From: Hydrurus foetidus
Lineage: Eukaryota
Assembly (NCBI GenBank): GCA_900617105.1
Contig: UYFQ01000685.1
Location: 186,001-208,079 of the forward strand
DNA: 22,079 bases
Direction of reading: 5' to 3'
Positions 12,235 to 22,079 of the stretch are shown here, in pieces; within the stretch, counting starts at the first letter, position 1; each line of letters opens with the position of its first letter. The notes under the pieces are model-generated. The model was not told where the DNA came from. It worked only from the letters and a program-made list of their open reading frames with translations, and did no database searches. The position numbers and the translations under genes were made by a program.

Positions 12235-13407
12235 ATGGGGTGCAGCAGTTCAAATTCTCCCGTGATTGCTGAGAGAGAGTTCGAAGTTGACAGGATAATA
12301 TCATTACTGCGACCCTGCCTTGAAGCTCTAAATCTGACAATAGAGGAGGTGGATCTTATAAGGAAGAATTTCAAAAAGGTAGACATTACAAGGGATGGCT
12401 CGGTCGATGTCGCCGAATTCGAGATTTATCTGAAGACTGAACGAGCACCATTTAATGAGAGAGCCTTGAGGATGTACGACTCAGATGGTTCTGGACAATT
12501 GGAGTTTCCTGAATTTTTGTTGATGTGCTGGACTTATTGCACAATGGACTCAGACAGCCTAGGTATGAATTGCTTTCCTATTTATGGAGGGAAAATCAGA
12601 GAGTTCCTTCATCAAAATATCTCTTTCACCTCGTACATCCAGAGAAATTTGTTTTCGATCTTTACGATACAAACAACAGTGGAATCATATCTGGTGAGGA
12701 ACTTGAGACCCTGGCTAAGGATTTATTTGGAGGCAATGTTAATAGTCATGTGCATGCAATAGTGAGAGAACTGCCCAAGGGGGATGTTGAATTTCACCAG
12801 TTTCAGCATTTTCTGAAGAAGCATGAAGCCTTGATGTTGCCAGCTCTCGAGTTACAGTCCGATTTAAGAAGAAGTGTGATACATGAGAGCTTCTGGGTTC
12901 ACAAGGCTCTTGATCGTAGAAATGTAAAAGTGCATCTAATTGATGAGGCCTTGGTATTAGGACACCGTGTGTTAAAGGAGCAAAGTAAGAACATTCTTTT
13001 AAAAATTGCTGACATGTTTGTTGAATATTGTTCGCTGAAGAGTTCATTAATCTCTCAGAGTTAGGCTCTGTTATCTAAATATTGCAATCTCGTTGATTAC
13101 AAAAGGTGACAAAGCTGGAAAGAGAAGAGTCGCTTCGTCAAAATCTAAAAAGAAGGCCAACGTGGAAACTGCTGCGACCGCAACAGTAACGCTTATTAAA
13201 GCGAAAAATGACAGCGAAAAATTGCCTCCTGTGAGAAAAAAGAATTCCGTTGGTCCTGCTAATCCGAATATTGATCATCCACCAGAGCACAAAGCGGAAC
13301 ATCATCAAGCACATCTACTAGAACACAAAGCAGAACATCATCAAGTACATCACGTAGAGCACCATAAGTCAGGAGATCATCAGCATCTCGGTCATAAAAT
13401 TGATTAA
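12235..13407 (+). CDS. EF-hand calcium-binding protein (calcineurin B-like architecture) with N-terminal MGC acylation motif and Lys/His-rich tail, about 323 aa, 3 exons
   Basis: Exons 12235-12562, 12643-12984, 13106-13407; an alternative in-frame acceptor would start exon 3 at 13061. EF loops DITRDGSVDVAE, DSDGSGQLEFPE and DTNNSGIISGEE, with a degenerate fourth. MGCSSS fits a Gly2 myristoylation/Cys3 palmitoylation consensus. Confidence 0.85.
13285..13362 (+). repeat. 36-nt coding tandem repeat (EHKAEHHQxHxx, 2 copies plus a partial)
   Basis: 13285-13320 and 13321-13356 are imperfect copies encoding EHKAEHHQAHLL and EHKAEHHQVHHV. Confidence 0.85.
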
Positions 13408-13926
13408 TTGGAAATAGAGAGAAAGAGACTGCTTGCTCCGTCCACATTAACAAGCGATTAAGTGCAGGGTTGCAGACCTCTAGGATTTTAAGTGACGTTT
13501 ACATTTGACTTAATTTGTTTAATGGTCTCATCGAGTGCGTTGTTTGTCCTTCTGTTTATGTCGCACTCGGCTTCGATTTTGCATTGCGGTTTCGCATTAT
13601 GTTTGTTCAATTGAATATTATGAGTTATGTTCTGTCTGTTATGTTTCATGTTTTTATTCCAATTTGCTACAGTATTTCGATGAAATTAGAAATTACGTAA
13701 TTCACTAAAAATGATGAACATGCATATTTTAGATGATTATTCCTCATTATTGATGGTTCATCATGCTCAACTGTCGACGACATCCGACATCCTGCATTTT
13801 GAAAAATTCGCTGTGAACACTGCTCACTGCTCCGCACATCGCACATCATGTATTATCTACAGCACTCTGTACAGTATAGATATCACACTGCAACTGTTGT
13901 GAAAGACACAGGAGTAGCCATAAGTG

Positions 13927-17996
<4,070 letters not shown>

Positions 17997-18827
17997 AAGA
18001 ATTGCATGCTGTATATGACAGGCATTTCAGTTGATATATTCTTCCATCTGTTTCTTTTTCTAGATGACAGCATTATCAATATCGCCAATTTTATTTTCTT
18101 CACACGATGCGTACTGTAACATTACGGAATACTTCAATAAAACAGCTTACATATTTTGCAAATATGACGTGCTGAGAGAGATTTAAAAAGTTTTGAAATA
18201 AAATAAAGTGCAAAAGCCACACATTTTGATGTCACTTTAATTCTAGCAAATGTGTTGTATTTTATACGAGCCAATCGCAGAGATGAGATGAGGAACAGCA
18301 GACCAAATTTAAGTTCAATTTTCTGATACACAAGACATACTTTGACACCCTTAATCGACCGCAACTAATAAAAAAATCTGGATTTTTGTAACACAGAAGC
18401 ACGGGAGCGACAATCCAGCCTCGCCACCCAGCCTCTGTAGCCAGCACTTTTTTCTTCGTGTGATAGTTTTACTTACACGGTAACGGGCACCAGATGGACA
18501 GTTTCCTCAGTCGTGGTGATCATTCAAAACCTAACAGCAAGTGCAGCTTCCATTTATACTAGAAGTCTGGAATGGCAGCGCCTGTAAAGCCTCTGGCCAC
18601 CAGACTTCTTTCAAAGAGGCTTCAACAATGATATGCGCATGTGCGCGACAATCGTGTGCAATGCCATATTTTTTTATATTCCGTCCATATACATTCTACA
18701 CAAACCAAACCGCATACAGTACGGTACGGTCGGGTAGAAGTAGAAGGAGTTGGGGGTCTAAAATGATAAATTATTAAGACTTTCTCCTAAATTTTTAGGA
18801 CATACCAAAAATCAAAAATCCAGAATA

Positions 18828-19038
18828 GCTGCGTTCGCCTATAGATATAGGGCCCTATATATAGGTTACCTTGAAAACACCTATATAGGACCCTATATAT
18901 AGGGTCCTTTATATATAGGCCTGTTTTTTGAATCTGCATATCCTATATCCTATATAGGCCTATAATATAGGGTTTTCTGTGAAATACAGCCCTATATAGG
19001 GTATAGGGGGGAAAAAAAAATCTATGGGCGAACGCAGC
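18828..19038. mobile_element. MITE (211 bp), probably Tourist/PIF-Harbinger-like
   Basis: 18-bp TIRs GCTGCGTTCGCCTATAGA (18828-18845) and TCTATGGGCGAACGCAGC (19021-19038) differ by one mismatch. The interior is non-coding with repeated CCTATATAGG-type palindromes. No clean TSD is visible. Confidence 0.75.
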
Positions 19039-19136
19039 AAAATAGACGGTGACGAATGACGAATGACGAAAGACAACATTGTAACTGTACTGTACGTGCT
19101 GCTGATCGATCTGGCAGAGAGAATATTGAATATTTT

Positions 19137-20598
19137 TAGGGATGGTGGCTAGCCTCTTTTTCCGCTATCAGCCGGGCTAGCCGGTAAAAAATGAAAATTC
19201 AGCCCATTTAGGTAGCCCAGACCGAGGTGCTAGTCTAGCCGCTAGCCCAACATTTAAACGAATAACCATAGCCCAACCTCTAGCCCTACTACGGAAATAG
19301 CTCCAAAACAGTGAAATTTTGCATAAAATTTTCTTAAAAAACGAAAAGGTCAAAAAATCGGTTCTAAACTGAACATAGTGCCACTTACTCGTGCGTAGCC
19401 CTATGGATTGCCCTGTCGTAAGGCTGTTTTGTACTGAACGCATCAACCGAAGATGATCTAATAGCTATTTGCAAGACAAGGGGATCGTGGAACTACCAAC
19501 CTCGCATCCATTTTACTTTTTATTTCCTCGTATGTATCCCAATTGTCACGGACACATATCAAACAGGATGCATTCTCACTGTCCAGTCTTGAACGTATTT
19601 TTGAAATAGTGAGACCTGCCAGTGAGAAGACTCTCTCTGAGGGAGCTGATGTGGCAGGGATGCAAAGATACTTGCGTGCTATTTTACCCAATGTAGGGAA
19701 TCTAAGTAAGTGATGCTTCCACCACTTTAGAGGATCGGTGAAATCACCTCTCTTGCCATCCTCTTGCATCTCCCTCATGTTGATTCTCTGCATTTCTCTA
19801 TATTCGCGTAACTCCTCCTTGACTTTCCTCTGAATTTCATTCATGTTGATGGGGGTAGGACCGACAGGGGCAACGTACGCGTCTTCTTCTGCCCACGCAT
19901 CATGTTCGTCTTCAATGAGCTGCATCGGCTCGGCAGGACGGAATTCAAAGAGAGTGATCTCAAATGCAGCCTTAAAATCTATGACCCACAGGTCGATCAT
20001 CAGATTCTCTATGGTCTCCCAGACTTGATCACGGTTCTTGTCAGTCGATGGTATACAGATCGCCATCGATGATCGGGATCGTGGATTCGATTCCAACAAT
20101 CAGGAATTTTTCATTAATTACGGTACAAGATCCAGTATTAGGTCCACGGTCCACTTCGCCTAAGAGAGACATGATAAGCTCTCAAACGACGGAGACAAAA
20201 ATAAAAATTTCTGTCTACCTAAAGTAGCCAATTTTATTCTGCAATTTAGCCCAAAGGCACTGACGCCAAGTTATCCGTATCCAAACGTGTTTTGGAAGAT
20301 ATTTTTGGACCTAGACCTCGACTCAGTTGAAGACAACCGCTCTGCAGCTACTTTTATAAGTCCTCGATATTCAGTAGTTGTTGTCAATAACAATCGTAGA
20401 TTAAATAGCTAATCAAGCTATCACCATTACCTATATAAAAGGGCTACACGATAGAAGAAAGTTAGCTAGCCGGGCTAAAAATAGATCTCAGCCAGCCGGG
20501 CTAATCGGGCTACCAAAATTTGAGAATTTCAGCCTAGCCCTAGCCCACTAGCCGGGCTACGGCTAGGCTAGTGGGCTAGAAGCTAGCCACCATCCCTA
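19137..20598 (-). mobile_element. Non-autonomous (internally deleted) hAT DNA transposon, 1462 bp
   Basis: Perfect 17-bp TIRs TAGGGATGGTGGCTAGC (19137-19153) and GCTAGCCACCATCCCTA (20582-20598). Perfect 8-bp TSD AATATTTT (19129-19136 and 20599-20606). Dense GGGCTA/TAGCCC/CTAGCC subterminal repeats at both ends and an internal hAT transposase fragment. Confidence 0.95.
19458..20099 (-). pseudogene. C-terminal fragment of a hAT transposase (hATC dimerisation domain)
   Basis: DPLKWWKHHLLRFPTLGKIARKYLCIPATSAPSERVFSLAGLTISKIRSRLDSEN is the hAT C-terminal signature. The BED finger and N-terminal catalytic region are absent. The first ATG is at 20066 (202 aa). Confidence 0.88.
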
Positions 20599-20617
20599 AA
20601 TATTTTGAATACATGTT

Positions 20618-22079
20618 GGGTCCGTTCGGTAAATTTCACGGAAAAACCTTCATTTTTTCGAAAGTTGAATCTGACCCCCCGTTTCAACTTTCGAAAAGTT
20701 GCATTTTCCACGAAAATAGTTCCGGGTTCGATTTACCGAACGGTTTCCAAAATTTTGGGGGGTACAGATTTCGGACAACGGACAAATTTAAAAAATGGGG
20801 GGACTAACAGTCGGACAAAAGACAAACCATCAAATTACCGTGTAACCGCTGATCCGAAGAAGTGAATTCCAATTGCACGATAGATAGCACGATAGAACAC
20901 CTTGTGTTACTGCATCATCCATATTCTCGCAATGGAAGAAGATGATGTTATTCACGCGATAGTGGTTGTCGCTGCAGTAGTTGGTGCGCTTCGAAATATC
21001 GTGCGAAATCCTGCGCTCCAACACACCTCTGTTTTGACTGGTCAGCTGTACTTTGCTGAAGTCATGGAGACGTACAACGTGCACAGGTTTCACGAGGTCG
21101 CAAGAATGGACCGTGCAACATTTATAAAACTAAGAGTTATGCTGATGGATGCTGGTGGTCTCGTGGACTCTTTGTATATTTGTGCAGGTCAAAAACTCAT
21201 GGTTTTAGTGCAAGTTCTTAGGGGTTATACAAATCGTCAAATAAAGGAAAGGTGGCAGCATAGTGGATCAACAATTTCAAAAATTATCCACGAAGCAAGT
21301 GATGCACTGATTCGTTGCAGCAGCATTGTATTCCAGCCAGCAATTGTAGGTGCACCAGTACCGACTAAAATAGCCACTTCAGCAAAGTTCACCCCATTTT
21401 TCGACGATTGCATTGAAGCTCTGGACGGTACGCATATTCCTGCTCTTGTTCCAATTGAGGATCAAGAGGCGCACCGAAATAGAAAAAAATTCATATCGCA
21501 GAATGTACTAGGAATGGCTAATTTTGACCTTACTTTTGCCTACGGTCTCTTCGGTTGGGAGGGCTCCGCTCACGATAGTCGTGTTTTTGATGATTCAAAA
21601 AATAGGGGATTACCGCTACTACCTGATAAATACTATTTGGGCGATGCAGGTTACGGTTTGAGTGAGCATGTTTTGATCCCCTATCGAGGAGTTAGATACC
21701 ACCTGAAAGAGTTCGAAGTTGATGGACCTCAAAATGCTAAAGAGTTATTTAATCTTAGGCACTCATCACTTAGAAATGTTATAGAAAGAATGTACGGTGT
21801 TTTGAAGAGAAGATTTCCAATTTTAGTTAAAATGAGCCCATACTTATATGACTTTCAATGTGATATTGTGCATTGTACTTTCCTATTACACAATTTCATC
21901 CGTCTAAATCAGCTGTATGAGGACGACTTCTACCTGGAAGGACCAGTAATAAATAATATTCAAGCTGATAATCAGGCTGATGACGAAAATCATGCGAATT
22001 ATAATGCTTTAAAACTGTGGCGAAATGGCATTGCCGATGCCATTTGGGCAAATTATTTAGTAGTTATGGCTCAGCAAAA
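20618..22079 (+). mobile_element. PIF/Harbinger DNA transposon, left part; right end lies beyond the window
   Basis: GGGTCCGTTCGG at 20618 resembles PIF/Harbinger-type TIRs. It is followed by inverted and direct subterminal repeats and a Harbinger transposase ORF. The left boundary cannot be confirmed without the other end. Confidence 0.75.
20932..22079 (+). CDS. PIF/Harbinger (DDE_Tnp_4/HARBI1-like) transposase, at least 382 aa, 3' end off the window
   Basis: Hand translation from ATG 20932 has no stop to the window end: HTSVLTGQLY, RMDRATF, ERWQHSGSTISK, FDDCIEALDGTHI, RNRK, SQNVL, GWEGSAHDSRV, YYLGDAGY, PYRGVRYHLKEF, KELFNLRHSSLRNVIERMYGVLKRRFPIL, LLHNFIR, WRNGIADAIW. Confidence 0.95.
   Translation, partial: MEEDDVIHAIVVVAAVVGALRNIVRNPALQHTSVLTGQLYFAEVMETYNVHRFHEVARMDRATFIKLRVMLMDAGGLVDSLYICAGQKLMVLVQVLRGYTNRQIKERWQHSGSTISKIIHEASDALIRCSSIVFQPAIVGAPVPTKIATSAKFTPFFDDCIEALDGTHIPALVPIEDQEAHRNRKKFISQNVLGMANFDLTFAYGLFGWEGSAHDSRVFDDSKNRGLPLLPDKYYLGDAGYGLSEHVLIPYRGVRYHLKEFEVDGPQNAKELFNLRHSSLRNVIERMYGVLKRRFPILVKMSPYLYDFQCDIVHCTFLLHNFIRLNQLYEDDFYLEGPVINNIQADNQADDENHANYNALKLWRNGIADAIWANYLVVMAQQ

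Noticed and set aside
18528..18535. AACCTAAC as a possible telomerase RNA template (TTAGG repeat) upstream of the interleaved stems
   Set aside because: It is only 8 nt, the organism's telomere repeat is unknown, and a T6 run just upstream argues against a + strand Pol III transcript.
20160..20218. Possible minus-strand GT-AG intron in the 5' part of the hAT element
   Set aside because: Splicing it does not give an ATG-initiated frame joined to the transposase fragment, so it is unsupported without transcripts.

Overview
Intron-rich eukaryotic genomic DNA with the standard code and GT-AG introns; a stramenopile/SAR-type protist is my inference from gene style, not something I can prove here. 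Five spliced host genes lie on the + strand: a TBL1-like LisH/WD40 protein (407-3646), an ERD2-related ER-retention receptor (4613-6419), a cytosolic-type tryptophanyl-tRNA synthetase with an N-terminal degenerate AlaX-S-like editing domain (6933-11650), an N-acylated EF-hand protein with a His-rich tail (12235-13407) and an OSCA/TMEM63 channel (13927-17996). The last 3.3 kb is a DNA-transposon cluster: a palindrome-rich 211-bp MITE, a 1462-bp internally deleted hAT element with perfect TIRs and an 8-bp TSD, and a PIF/Harbinger element whose uninterrupted transposase ORF runs off the window and is missing from the ORF track. The end of a related hAT probably sits at positions 1-34. The AlaX-TrpRS fusion and the transposon cluster are the most notable items. 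Exon structures were deduced by hand from splice sites and reading-frame continuity.
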